Below are positions 24,460-37,212 of a DNA stretch of 64,000 nucleotides, piece by piece; the stretch's first letter is position 1; every line of letters begins with the position of its first letter. Where the stretch lies: NCBI RefSeq assembly GCF_036971445.1, contig NC_091477.1, positions 123,752,001 through 123,816,000 of the forward strand, in the 5' to 3' direction. A model generated the notes under the pieces. It saw nothing but the letters and a program-made list of their open reading frames with translations. It was not told the DNA's origin and did not search any database. The translations under genes and the position numbers were made by a program. This stretch comes from Narcine bancroftii (Eukaryota).

Positions 24460-27212
24460 AGACAAACGATGCAGGAGTAGGCCATTCAGCCCTTTGAACC
24501 AGCACCACCCTTCACTGTGATCACAGCTGATCATCCACAATCAGTTCCCCATTCCTGCCTTCTCCCCATATCCCTTGACTTTAAGGAATATTCCTTATCT
24601 TTCTTGAAGGCATCCAGAGAATTGGCCTCCATTACCTTCTGAGGCAGAACATTGCTCAGATCTACAACTGGCTGAAAAAGTTTTTCCTGAACTCCGTCTA
24701 AATGGCCTACCCCTTATTCTTAACTGTGGCTTCTGGTTCTGGACTCCCCCAACATCGGGAACATTTTCCTGCCTCGAGCATGTCCCAATCCTTTTATAAT
24801 CTCATATGTTTCAATCAGATCCCCTCTCATCCTTCTAAATCAAGCCCAGTCTCTCCAATCTTGCAACATATGACAGTCCCTCCATCCTGGGAATTAACCT
24901 CATTAACCTTCGCTGTACTCCCTCAATATTAAGAATGTCCTTCCTCAAATTTAGAGACCAAAACTACACACAATATTTCAGTTGTGGTCTCACCAGGGCC
25001 TTGTACAACTGCAGAAGAACCTCTCTGCTCCTTGTTATGAAGGCCAACATGCCAATAGTTTTCTTCACTGCCTGCCGCACTTGCTTATTTTCAGTGACTG
25101 ATGATCTCACTGTACTTCCCCTTTTCCTAATTTGATACAATTCAGGTAGTAATCTCCCTTCCTGTTCTTGCCACCAAAGTGGATAATCTCACGTTTATCC
25201 ACATTAAAAAGCATCTGCCCGCTCACCCAACCTGTCCAAGTCACCCTGTGTTCTCATAACATCCTCCTCACATTTCACACGGCCACTCAGCTTTGTGTCA
25301 TCTGCACATTTCCTGATGTTACTTTTAATCCCTTCATTTAAATCATTAATGTATATTGTAAATAGCTGTGGTCCCAGCACCGAGCCTTGCAGTACCCCAC
25401 TAGTCACTGCCTGCCATTCTGAAAGCGACCCATAAATCCCCACTCTTCGTTTTCCTGTCTGCCAACCAACTTTCTATCCATGTCAGTTCCCTCCCCAATA
25501 TCATGTGCTCTAATTTTGCCCACTAATTTCCTATGTGGGACCTTATCAAAGGATTTCTCAAAGGCCAGGTACATGACACATTGGTTCTCCCTTGTCCATT
25601 TTCATAGTTACATCCTCAAAAAATGCCAGAAAATTAGTCAAGCATGATTTCCCCTTCGTAAATCCATGCTGACTCGGACTGATCCTGTAACTGCTATCCA
25701 AATGTGCCAATATTTCATCTTTTATAATTGAATCCAGCATCTTCCCCACCACTGATGTCAGGCTAACAGGTCTATAATTCCTTATTTTCTCTCTCCCTCC
25801 TTCTTTAAAAAGTAGGACAACATTAGCTACCCTCCATCCGCAAGAACAAATCCTGAATCTAAAGAACATTGGAAAATGATTACCAGTGCATCCACGATTT
25901 CCAGAACCACCTCCTTAAGTACCCTGGGATACAAACCATCAGGCCCTGGGGATTTATCAGACTTCAGTCCCATCAATCTACCCAACACCATTTTCTGCCT
26001 AATGTGAAGTTCCTTCATTTCCTCCGTTACCCCAAGTCCTCTGTCACTATTACATCTTGTAGATATTTTATGTCTTCCCTAGTGAAGACAGATCCAAAGT
26101 ACCTGTTCAACTCATCCACCATTTCCTTGTTTCCTATAATAATTTCACCTGTTTTTGTCTTCAAGGGCCCAACTTTGATCTTAACTAATTTTTTCCTATT
26201 TACATGCCTAAAGAAGCTTTTACTATCCTCCTTTATATTCTTTGCTGCCTTACCTTTGTCCCTCATCTTTTCTCCCTGAATTGCCTTTTTAGTTATCTTC
26301 TGTTGCTCTTTTAAAGCATCTCAATTCTCTGGCTTCCCGCTCATCTTTGCTCTGTAATACTTATTCTCTTTTATATTTACACTGTCCTTCCCTTGTCAGC
26401 CACGGTCACCCCTGACTCCTCTTAGAATCTTTCTTCCTCTTTGGAATGAGCTGATCCTGCACCTTTTGTATTATTCACTGAAATACCTGCTAGGTATCCT
26501 TCAGTCAAATTTGCCAAGTTCTTCCTTCATGGCTCCATTGACAATAGACAATAGGAGCTGGAGTAGGCCCTTCGGCCCGTCGAGCCAGCACTGCCATTTT
26601 ACAGATCATGGCTGATCACTACCATCAGTACCCCTTTCCAGCCTTATCCCTATAACCCTTAACTCCTTTGCCCTAACCCTAACCCTAATGTTCCCCTTTG
26701 TTCAAATGGATTATTGTAGATAATCTCAAATTGTAGATTAAAACTTATCATATTATAGTTGCTCCCAATAGCTCCTTTACCTAGAGTTCCCATTATCAAA
26801 TCCAGTTTATTATAAATACTAAATCCAAAATTCCCTTCTCCCTGGTAGGGTCTAGTACAAGCTGCTTGGAGGCACTCCACAAACTCCCTTTCTTGAGGTC
26901 CAGTACCAACCTAATTTTCCAAGTCTACCTGCATGTTGAAATCCCCCAAAACAGCCATAGCATTACCTTTACGACATGCCAATTTTAATTCTTGATTCAA
27001 CTTGCACCCTATATCCAAGATACTGTTTGGGGGCAATAGATAACTCCCATCAGGGTCTTTTTGCCCTTATAATTTCTCAGTTCTATTTATACTGCCTCTA
27101 CATCTAATTCTATGTCACCCTTGGCAAGAGACTGAATTTCATTTCTCCCAACAGAGCCACCCCACCCCCTCTGCCCACCTGTCTGTCCTTTCGATAAGAC
27201 GTATACCCAACC
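24460..27212 (-). mobile_element. CR1-type LINE ORF2 (mid-EN to 3' end); N-terminus displaced to 31609-31925
   Basis: GYTSYRKDRQVGRGGGVALL, KSPGPDGLYPRVLKE, NYRPVSLTSVVGK, SQHGFTKGKSCLTN, YINDL, CADDTKL. Confidence 0.92.
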
Positions 27213-27405
27213 CTGGAGACGTGACCCACCCAGCACAGTTGGGTCTTCAGCAGCATGGATTTCCCAAGATCGTGTTCTATGGCGAGCTCTCCACTGGCCA
27301 CCGAGACAGAGGTGCACCAAAGAAGAGGTACAAGGACTGCCTAAAGAAATCTCTTGGTGCCTGCCACATTGACCACCGCCAGTGGGCTGATATCGCCTCC
27401 AACCG
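27212..27405 (+). mobile_element. RTE fragment with an inverted 5' part
   Basis: Minus strand SMLLKTQLCWVGHVSR (to ~27260) abuts plus strand PKIVFYGELSTGHRDRGAPKKRYKDCLKKSL. Confidence 0.85.
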
Positions 27406-30400
27406 TTTAAAACTCATCTCCATAATGTTTCCCAGAAGGTTAAATTCCAGATTCTATAGAAAATCCACCTTCGTAATTTTTTTTAGAATGTCCCGCAGAT
27501 CCTCCCAGAAAGACTCACCTTTGTGCACAGCCAGGTTGAATAGATAAAAGTTCCAATCTCCACACCATATATTTCAAATCTCCTCTCTAGAGAAGAGGGC
27601 ATTCAGCCCCTCTTAGTCTTCCTGATCCAAATTTGGTAGTTCCAACGTAAGCAAGAAATCATCTATTTCAGTGGGATCCTCCCAACTCTGATCTATACAG
27701 TTTCATTTATTTCCTCTGGTTTATGTGAAATCTTGCCTTACCCCTTTTGAATTGCATTTTTGAGACCTCTTCCACCCTCACCTGCAGGACAAGAATTTAT
27801 GGGCCCTCTCCCCAGCTTGTAAACTGTTGACTAGATCTTAATTTTGATTTCTCAGTCTTGTATATTTTCAGTGTATTATATTTGAACTTTATATTCATTA
27901 AAGTTCCTGTATTTTCATTCTGAACCTGCCCTTTTTTCATTCTGAACCTGCCCTTTGATAGGCTTTTTCCAATTGAATTATTTCCTGTTCCAAATTATTG
28001 ATCTTCTTCATGTACCCCTTTTTGATACCTTTGTGTAGAACAATTCTATTGGAGCCCTAACAAAGCTACAAAATTCTAGTTTTCCCAACAGCCACAAATT
28101 CAGATGCCATCTATGCGCCTTGGCTTGCTTATCTGGCATTTGATAGACAGAGTCAAGAGTGAATGGTGCGACAGCAATCGAGGTGTGTACTCAGTCTCCA
28201 CTATCCAAGTGGGCTGATGCTAAAAAAAATCAATTCTGGTGTAGGAATCGTGTTGTCTCGAGTAAAAGGAATAATCCATCTCTCTCTCAGATTCTGCCTT
28301 CTTCAGACATCTATTAAATTCAGCTCTTTAATAAAAGCCAAGGCAACTATAGACTTAGCTGCCTTGGCCCTTGTTACTTTCTTTACTGACTTGTCCATGA
28401 CCGATTAGCAGTATAGGAGCTGAGAAGTGATGTTGCGACTGTTTAAAGCATTGGTGAGGCCAGGTTTGGAGTATTGTCTTCAGTTCTGGTCTCCAAATTA
28501 TAGGAAGGATATAGATAAGGTGGAGAAGGTGCAGAGAAGATTTACTAGGATGTTGCCTGGCTTAAAATACCTGAGTACAGAGAAAGATTGAAGAGGTTAG
28601 GACTTTATTCATTGCAACGTAGACAGTTGAGAGGGGATTTGATTGAAGTGTTTAAAATTATGAAGGGAATAGATAGACTAGATGCAAATAGACTCTTCCC
28701 CTTGAGAGCAGGGGAGGTTGAAACAAGAGAACACAAGTTGAGGGTAAGGGGGAAAAATTTTAGGAGAAACATTAGAGGTTACTTCAGAGAGTGGTGGCTG
28801 AATGGAATAATCTTCCAGAGGAAATAGTGGAGGCAGAATCATTCTTTCATTTAAGAGGAGGCTGAATGGATAAGAGGGGGTTGGAAGGTTATGGGCGGAG
28901 AATAGGCTGGGGGAGCTAGCGGAGTTGTTTGAGTGAACCAGCATGGACTTGAAGGGCCGAGATGGCCTGTTTCCATGCCATAAACTGTTATATGGATATA
29001 TGGATCCAGACAGAAATTGAAATCCCCTACAATCAAGGTATTCCCACACTCCTCTGTTACCCTCAAGAATATATTTTGTATAAATTGCTTGTCATCAAAA
29101 TTCAGGGAGTATATATTCATAAGTATCCATGATTCACAGAATATTTGACAATGCATCATCTCGGTGACCACAGCTCAGACTGCGACTGGAACATTTTTTC
29201 CTATCAGGATAGCCACACCCCTGGCTCTGGAATTAAATGAGGATAATGCGACCTGGCCCACTCAGCCCCTCTTCAACTTTATGTGTTCTTGATTTGAAAG
29301 GTGGGTTTCCTGTAAAAATACGGTCTACCTGCATTTTTTAAGGTGTGCCAAGATTTCCTTTCTCCCAGTCACATTAAAACTTACACATTTAATTGTCTTA
29401 TCCATTACCCCAGAATTATCCTCCCCTTCTTTTCCACTCATCTTCCGTCCCGCTTATTTGCTGTAGATCTCTGGTGCAGACAATCATGTTCCAAACCAAA
29501 CCTAAACAAGCTAAAAAAAAAATTAAAACCAACTATTCATAAAAAAAAACTAAAAATACTTCCAAATAACCACCCCCCCACCTCTCTGCTCCCCCCCCCC
29601 CAGTCTATCCTTCCTTCCTGCTGCCAATATTGGTGCCAATTCCCCTGACATTTTGAGGTGTGCAGAATGCACCCATCTGTTTCTTACTTGTTCCCTCTCT
29701 CCTTCTTGGAGCTCCCCATAATAATTCCTCATTTATCTTGACCTGTCATATTTAAACAATAATACAGCAAACACATTCCCCACTATATTCATAGCGCTTA
29801 CAATATGTACAGACAGTCTTCCCATTAATTCCCCTTTATCTCCTATTTATATTTTGTCTCAAGATGGTGCCGGAGTTTATACATAGTCCATTGCCTCACC
29901 AGAGTCCTTAAAAAATTTCTTCTCCCCTCCTTCCCATTCCCTTCAGAGCTGCTGGGCAAAGGAGGGTATACTCAATTCCCTTTTTCCTGAGATTCCTTTT
30001 TACTAAATCAAATTCCCTCCTGCGCCATAAAAGTGCCACACTAACGTACGGGTGTAAAAAAATATTTTGCTCCCTCGTGCCACCGGGCCCCTCCTTTCCT
30101 TCACTCTCAAAGCCACCGCCCATAAAATTTGCTCTCTGTCCTGGTAGTAAAGGAATCTAACCAGGACAGGGAAGGGTCATTAGTTTGGACCCAGCTGGGG
30201 GTCAAGAGACTGGTGGGCTCCCTCTAATTCCAAATCTTCCCCAATTTATTCCCTTCCCAGCACCTCCAGGATCCACATTTTAAAGAACACCACCAGGTCT
30301 CACCCTTCCACACCCTCCTTCACCCCCACAATCTTGATATTATTTCTCCTGCTGTAAATTTCCAAAGAATCTATCTTTTCCCATAGTCTCTCTCTCTCTC

Positions 30401-31608
30401 ACCCAAATGTCCATTTCATTCTTACTCTTATCTAACCTTTCCTCCATTTCATTCTCTCTCTTATCCAACCTTTCCTCCACCCTCTCAATTTTTTCCTCTG
30501 CTTCTGTCACCTTTTCTGTCAAGTTATCTAACCTCTCCTTGATCACCCCCTGACCTGCCACCAATTTTTCAGCATTTCTTTGATCTGGCCAATGGCCATT
30601 ATTATGTCCCTGGTAGTGGGCATCAAGCCCTCTATCTCCTTTGTTTCTGTTCTCTATTTACTATCTTTCTCCTCCCCCCGTGGTCTTCCTCCTCTTCTCC
30701 AACGTCTTCATCCACCTTGCTCTCCGATATCGAGACGCCGAGCATTCCCATCACCTCTACGATCTCTCCATTCCTGCTTCCCGCCTGGCCCGACGACCTG
30801 CTTCCCACTTGGCCCGACGACTCGACTTCCCAATGGGGCTCTGTGATCTGCTTCCTCTCGATCCTCAGGCGAGATAACCTTACCCGTTGAGTTTCTGATT
30901 TTTTTTCAGCCCGTTGTGATCCCCATCCAATACCACCACCGTCGTCACCAACTCAGGTCGACTCCATCATGTACATATGAGCCTCCCCATTGTCTGCGCC
31001 CAACAGTGTTCCAGACCGCGCTCCCACCACCTCACTTGCAGCTCCTCACCGACCTCCTCTTGGGTCAGCTCCACTAGGGCTGCCCTCTCTTACTGCTCCA
31101 GGGGAGTTCTCATCCTGATGGGAGTCACGATGTTGTGATCCCTCGTCCATCACTGCCGATGCTGTTGCCATCTCAGGCTGATTCCCTCGCATACAAGCCT
31201 CCTCGTTGTCCACATCTGACAGTGCTCCAGACCGATTTCCCGCTGCCTCACTCGCAGCTCCCCGCCAACCACCCCACAGGTCAGTTCTGTCAGGGCTGCC
31301 CTCTCTTACTTCTCTAGGGGAGTTCTCATCCCGACAGGGGTCACAATGTTGTGATCCTGCATCCAGTACTCTCGTCGGCCTCGTGGTTGGCTGAGTCCTT
31401 CTCACTCTTTATATTTTCCATTCTTTCTGAAACAAATGTTTTTGTCTTCTTTCCCATTCTTTTTAACCTTCCTTCTTCTTGTGCTATTTTTATCTTTCCC
31501 TATTCATTTTCTGGGGGCAACATTATTTTTTTCTGACTTTTATATTAAAAAGCCTTGGGAGCTCTAAAAACTAACTACTACCCCTCTACCGCCATCTTGG
31601 ATCCTCCC
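27405..31608 (-). mobile_element. Fish-type L1: 5' end, ORF1, EN and CCHC region; RT largely deleted
   Basis: 5' end ggatccaagatggcgg (YY1-type site, 31590-31599). ORF1 coiled coil EKVTEAEEKIERVEERL and RRREFDLVKRNL. EN SSFNSRARGVAILI and LIVGDFNF. C-terminal GTFIYSTWLC..FWED. Confidence 0.85.
28408..28995 (+). mobile_element. CR1 3' end nested in the L1
   Basis: LFKALVRPGLEYC, KRLGLYSLQRRQLRGDLIEVFK; tail gttatatggatatatgg. Confidence 0.9.
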
Positions 31609-31925
31609 TACAATATTATACTTGCCAGGTTCCACCTGAGCCTCAAGCTCATCCACTTTATTTTTTATACTTTGTGCATTCATTTATAATACTTTTAATC
31701 CATTACTTTCTCCCCTTTCACACCGATTCCTATTGCACTTGGCAATACTCTCCAATCCCTTGTCAAGCTTTTTGCCCCGTTAATTCTGTAGACTTTCTTA
31801 ACTTTTCTTATTCTCTCTTCCCTTTAACTCCATCCTTATAATTCCATTTGATTTCCTCATCATCCCCCCCCACCTCCCACCACTACTTAGTTTAAACACA
31901 CCCATGCAGCAGTGGCAAACCTACC
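31609..31925 (-). mobile_element. CR1 ORF2 N-terminus (continuation of 24460-27212)
   Basis: Minus strand LKVL*MNAQSIKNKVDELEAQVEPGKYNI. Confidence 0.8.
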
Positions 31926-32876
31926 TGTCAGGGAGATGGGAATCTGAATGTGTGGCTGAGGAGCTGGTGCGTGAAGCAGGGATTTGGATTCTTAGACCAC
32001 TGGGATCTGTTTTGGGGTAAGGATCATCCCCAAACTCCACGAACTCGAGCTCCTTGCTGGAACTGCATGCACCTTCTCAGTCTTTAGTACCACATCTGTG
32101 TCTAAGAACGATACAAGTATCTCTACAATGACCTCAGCAATTTCTTCCCTAGCTTCTTGGAGAGAGAACAGCTCCCCTTAAGACTCAGCATGGTTATCTA
32201 TGGTGGAGCCACAAGAGATGGATGAGGTCCTCAAAGGAATTAGAAAGAGAGAGAAACAGACTTAACCTTTCAAAGAGGAAGCAAATATAATAGCAGACTT
32301 GCATGGAATTGAGCTTGATTGGACATCTTATCGAAAATCAGTGTAAGTTAATGGCCATTTTTTTAGCCTTTTTTTTCCATTCCCCTTTAACCTCTGCATT
32401 ATTTCACTGGGTCAGAAACACGTGTGTAAGACAAACTCTTAGTTTACTTGGGACAGATCTGTTTGATTCATGGTTGGAGCAGCCAGCAAGTCAGAGAATT
32501 GTACAGCACTGAAACAGGCTCGATGACCACGTTGTACATGCCAACCTTTTTACCCATCTACAGTAACCCTAGATGCTCATATCCTTCTGCACCTTGATCA
32601 TTTAAGTGTCTGCTTAAATGTCCTTAAATGCACTGATTGTATCTGATTCCACCACCTCCAATGGCAGCCAATTCCAGATATCAATCACCCTCTGTGTAAA
32701 AGAAATGCATTCCTCAGTTCCCCTTTAAATTGGCCACTCGGTTAGCGTAGTGGTAAGGGCAACACTTTTACAGTGCCAGTAACCAGGGTTCGAATCTGGC
32801 GTTGTCTGTTAGGAGTTTCTATGTTCTCCCTGTAACTGCGTGGGTTTCCCCCCATCCTTCAAAAACGTACCAGGGT

Positions 32877-33090
32877 AAAGGTTCCATTATTGTCACGTAA
32901 CACTACATTTAGAATGCAACATACATGAAATTCTTTAAATTTATCTACCGTAAGGAAGACAGAGAGTCGCCATTTCATCCAGCACCCCTCACAGAAACCT
33001 ACAGCACCTGGTGTTCCCAGGTGCTCTCCCCTCCAAGTACTGACCAGTCCTGAGCCTGCTTAGCCTCCGAGTTCAGACAATCTCAGGTAT
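32877..33090 (-). mobile_element. 5S-rRNA-derived SINE, copy 2 (best-preserved head; extreme 5' part at ~33565-33578)
   Basis: Minus strand gtctgaactcggaggctaagcaggctcaggactggtcagtacttggaggggagagcacctgggaacaccaggtgctgtaggttt aligns by eye to vertebrate 5S rRNA. Confidence 0.9.
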
Positions 33091-33093
33091 AGA

Positions 33094-33564
33094 TGACACT
33101 TTCCTTATTCTAATAAATCCTGATTTCAGAGAATCATCTTCCAAAGTGTGAGCTGTGATATCCCAAATTTCTATCTCTTTAATCCAACAAATCAAACTCT
33201 GTGGCTGTTACTTTATGTCATTTTAATTACTTGATAGAGTGGATAAACATTTTACGTAGCTTCACATTAAGACTTTCACAATGATGAATAATGAAGCATT
33301 TACTGCATAAAGAATCAAAGATATATAGAGAAACAAAAATATGTAGAGACACAAAAGCTGAAAGAGATACAAAAATTGAAAGAAAATTTACTCATGCTCG
33401 TGCTTCCTTCATATCTTGTAGAAAGAGAACAAGCACTTAGCCTGAGTGGATATTACAACATATTACATCACAGTCACTATGGTAACACTACAAACAATAG
33501 TCCTCTTAAAGAGACAGGCACAAAATTCACTAAGAATCAAAAACAGAAGGTTTTAACCTTTACA
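33094..33564 (-). mobile_element. Probable solo LTR inserted in the 5S-SINE head
   Basis: TG...ACA ends; flanks ATAGA/ATAGG (5-bp TSD, one mismatch); SINE sequence resumes after it. Confidence 0.55.
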
Positions 33565-33919
33565 ATAGGCATATTCAGAAAGGACTATTGTGTGTAATTG
33601 GGCAGCATGGCTCGTGGGCCGAAAGGGCTTGTTACCATTATAGATGTCTAAATTTCAATTGAATTTACATTTAAATCTCTATCTCTCCATCTGGCCCTCT
33701 TGTCTGGGGAAATTATTTTGACTCAATCCTGCCAGTGCCTCCAACAACTTTACATACATTCCTCAGCCTCCATTGTTCGAAAGGAAATGAAAAGGGGTTT
33801 GTAAATTGTGGCAGAATATGATTTTGAGCCATGACCTTGAATGGTGGAGCAGGTTTGAGGAGCAGAATGGCCGACATCTGCTTCGACCTCTGTTCACCGC
33901 TCCTATCACTGCTGCAGGA

Positions 33920-34841
33920 AATGCTGAGGAGGTGAGGCAGAGCCTGGTCCTGACCACAATGCAGAGGAGGTGAGGCAGAGCCTGGTCCTGACCACAATGC
34001 AGAGGAGGTGAGGCAGAGCCTGGTCCTGACCACAATGCAGAGGAGGTGAGGCAGAGCCTGGTCCTGACCACAATGCTGAGGAGGTGAGGCAGAGCCTGGT
34101 CCTGACCACAATGCAGAGGAGGTGAGGCAGAGCCTGGTCCTGACCACAATGCTGAGGAGGTGAGGCAGAACCTGGTCCTGACCACAATGCTGAGGAGGTG
34201 AGGCAGAGCCTGGTCCTGACCACAATGCTGAGGAGGTGAGGCAGAGCCTGGTCCTGACCACAATGCAGAGGAGGTGAGGCAGAGCCTGGTCCTGACCACA
34301 ATGCAGAGGAGGTGAGGCAGAGCCTGGTCCTGACCACAATGCAGAGGAGGTGAGGCAGAGCCTGGTCCTGACCACAATGCAGTGGAGGTGAGGCAGAGCC
34401 TGGTCCTGACCACAATGCAGAGGAGGTGAGGCAGAGCCTGGTCCTGACCACAATGCAGAGGAGGTGAGGCAGAGCCTGGTCCTGACCACAATGCAGAGGA
34501 GGTGAGGCAGAGCCTGGTCCTGACCACAATGCAGAGGAGGTGAGGCAGAGCCTGGTCCTGACCACAATGCAGAGGAGGTGAGGCAGAGCCTGGTCCTGAC
34601 CACAATGCAGAGGAGGTGAGGCAGAGCCTGGTCCTGACCACAATGCTGAGGAGGTGAGGCAGAGCCTGGTCCTGACCACAATGCAGAGGAGGTGAGGCAG
34701 AGCCTGGTCCTGACCACAATGCAGAGGAGGTGAGGCAGAGCCTGGTCCTGACCACAATGCAGAGGAGGTGAGGCAGAGCCTGGTCCTGACCACAATGCAG
34801 AGGAGGTGAGGCAGAGCCTGGTCCTGACCACAATGCTGAGG
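33920..34841. repeat. 38-bp tandem repeat, ~24 copies
   Basis: Unit aatgcagaggaggtgaggcagagcctggtcctgaccac, no spacers. Confidence 0.97.
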
Positions 34842-36159
34842 CACCTGCTGCATCCAGATGAAATTGATAGCCAGGCAGTGTGACCCAGTGTGAAGGCCCA
34901 TAATTACACTTTGGGGAGACGGTGGCCCTTTGCTGAATAATAAACAGGAACATTGGCTTGGGAGAGGAGCAGCACAAATACTTTATACGCAAGTCTCAAT
35001 TCTAATCTGGGGTGAGATGATTTAAAACCCACAAGCTCTCTGACATCAGTAACTTTCAGTAACATTGAGCAAAGGAGATAAATGAAATGTAGAAACTAAA
35101 ATGTAAACTCAACAAACACATGAAAGTCACAGAGAAGAACGCTCTGAGTAAGCACATTCAGAAAGAGCTTGACAAGGTATTTAATGTGCTCATTCTGAAG
35201 AGATCCAAGACTGGAGGCCATTTGCCTCGAGCCCTGGGAGAGGCCACTGCACAATCCTATGTCTTTCCTCATTCGTTCTGCAGAAATGTCACCCCTTTGG
35301 CTTGGGAAGCAGCAGTGGGATTGGGTGAGACTAGCTCAGTGCAGGCATCAATTGTCAGGCTTCACAGAAAGCTGAAATTTGTGAGTAGCTGGTATGTCTT
35401 ACTACAGCAATTTCTTTCACCTCCCCCTTCACCCTCAACACAAATGGTTTGTCCACCAGAGAGGTTCAAAGGTCACTTTTATCAATTATTCCAAGATTTT
35501 GTTTTGCCAGTTTCAGTTAATTTCTGACAAAGCGTAATCAGTGAGAACAAGCTTGTCTCTCTTGCGGCTCCTAAAGACTCCAACACACGCAATTTCACAT
35601 CCCATTCCATCTACCAATCAACTAAGGGGTCCAGAGCTAATGTCCTGCAGTTGTGGCAAATAATTCTGAGAACACTCAGCAGGTCATGTAGCAGCTGTGG
35701 ACAGAAAGAGTGTAAACATTTCAGGCTATGGCATTTCATCAATTCAATTCCATAAAAGCAAGCAGCACGTACATTCTCCCTGTGACCTGCATGGGTTCTT
35801 CTGAGTGCTCCGGTTTCCTCCCAAAATGTACCGGTTTAATAGGTTATCAACTACAATAATATACTTAATTGAATTAAAATGGACAATAAATAAAAATAAT
35901 AAATTTTAAATTGAGACATACACAGGGTGGGGGCGGGGATTTGCGAGCATTGCCCCCACCAAATGAGGTTTTGTAACCCACAGCCTGGTATCACCAGCAT
36001 CTAGTGTCACTAGTCTCCAGGTAATGTGAGCAGTGTGTTTGTCTGCTAGGTTGGAGGGAGGGGGAAGGTGGTAGAGGTGGTACTGCTGCATGGAGGAGGT
36101 TCATGATAGGTATGTAGCAATAACCCTCCCCACTCTGAGCGAATTTTCGAAGGTCAGAT

Positions 36160-36330
36160 TAACTTAACCCCCTGGGACATTTTGAACAGTGCAAGGACAC
36201 CGGAGCCCCCCCCCCCCCACAGAAACCTATGCAGACACGGGGAGAACGTACAAACTCCTTACAGACAGCGTGGGATTCAAACCCTGGTCCCAACAGCCTT
36301 GCTTTAACTGCTACACTAACTGCTGCCCCA
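36160..36330 (-). mobile_element. V-SINE (HE1-like)
   Basis: gcagacacggggagaacgtacaaactcc is the V-domain reverse complement; box B remnant present. Confidence 0.8.
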
Positions 36331-36686
36331 AAATATAATAGAAATCATAAATATTATTATTCTTGTGCAAAAACGTGACTGCCACAGCGCAGGCAGTCCG
36401 TTTGTGGTGTCGGAGCAGCCCCGATCAGTGTAATAAGGGCAGGTTTAAGAGCCTGATGGCTGTTGGAAAGAAACTGTTCTTGAACCTAGAAATGTTAGAC
36501 TTCAAGCTACCTTCTGCCTGAAGGAAGCAGTGAGAAGAGGTTGTGACCAAGGATGATGGGGATCCTCTATAGCAGCACCTCACATCAAGGCTGTACATAT
36601 ACAACCTGATGAAACAGCCTTTCTCCAGACCACAATGCACACACATACACACATAATACACAGTCCAAGATAAAGGTGAAAAGGTA

Positions 36687-36805
36687 GAGGTTCCATATTG
36701 TCACATAACACTACATTTAGAATGTAAGATACATGAAATTCTTTAACTTTGTCTACCTTAAGGAAGACAGAGAGTCGCCACTATGTCCAGTGCCCCTCTC
36801 AGAAA
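36687..36805 (-). mobile_element. 5S-derived SINE, copy 3, 5'-truncated (body and tail only)
   Basis: Closely matches 32877-32995. Confidence 0.85.
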
Positions 36806-37212
36806 TAGGCCCCATCGAGGAATGAACACCAGTTTATAAGACCAGTGCTCAAACCACAGAGCTGTTGGAGCCTCTAGTAATCACATATATACACAATTTT
36901 TTTAAAAATGTAAATATTTTGGGATGATTTACTTGGTTCAGGTAAACAGAAACAGACCACTTGGCCCATCGAGTCTGCCCTGCCATTTAATCATGATCTG
37001 ATCCATTTTCCCACTCAGCCCCACTGCCCGGCCTTCTCCCCATAACCTTTGATGCTAATCATTCTCACAATCTCTCAGCCTGTAGGAAGAAACTGTTTCC
37101 CAGCCTGGCAGTCCTGATTTTGATGCACCTGTCCATCTTTCCTGATGGCAGTCGGTCAAAAATAGTGTGTGCTGAATGGAAAGGGTCTCCTATAACTCTT
37201 TGAACCCAATTA

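Larger units (their letters stand above)
32733..33665 (+). mobile_element. tRNA-derived V-SINE (HE1-like), split by insertions: halves 32733-32876 and ~33580-33665
   Basis: Box A tagcgtagtgg, box B ggttcgaatc, V-domain gagtttctatgttctccctgtaactgcgtgggtttcc; the 3' half matches the copy at 61525. Confidence 0.8.

Noticed and set aside
32990-33090. 5S rRNA gene
   Set aside because: Diverged, interrupted and fused to a SINE body shared by three copies.
33713-34992. Three minus-strand ORFs of 331-409 aa, or a CRISPR-like array
   Set aside because: A 38-bp tandem repeat cycling through frames; no spacers.
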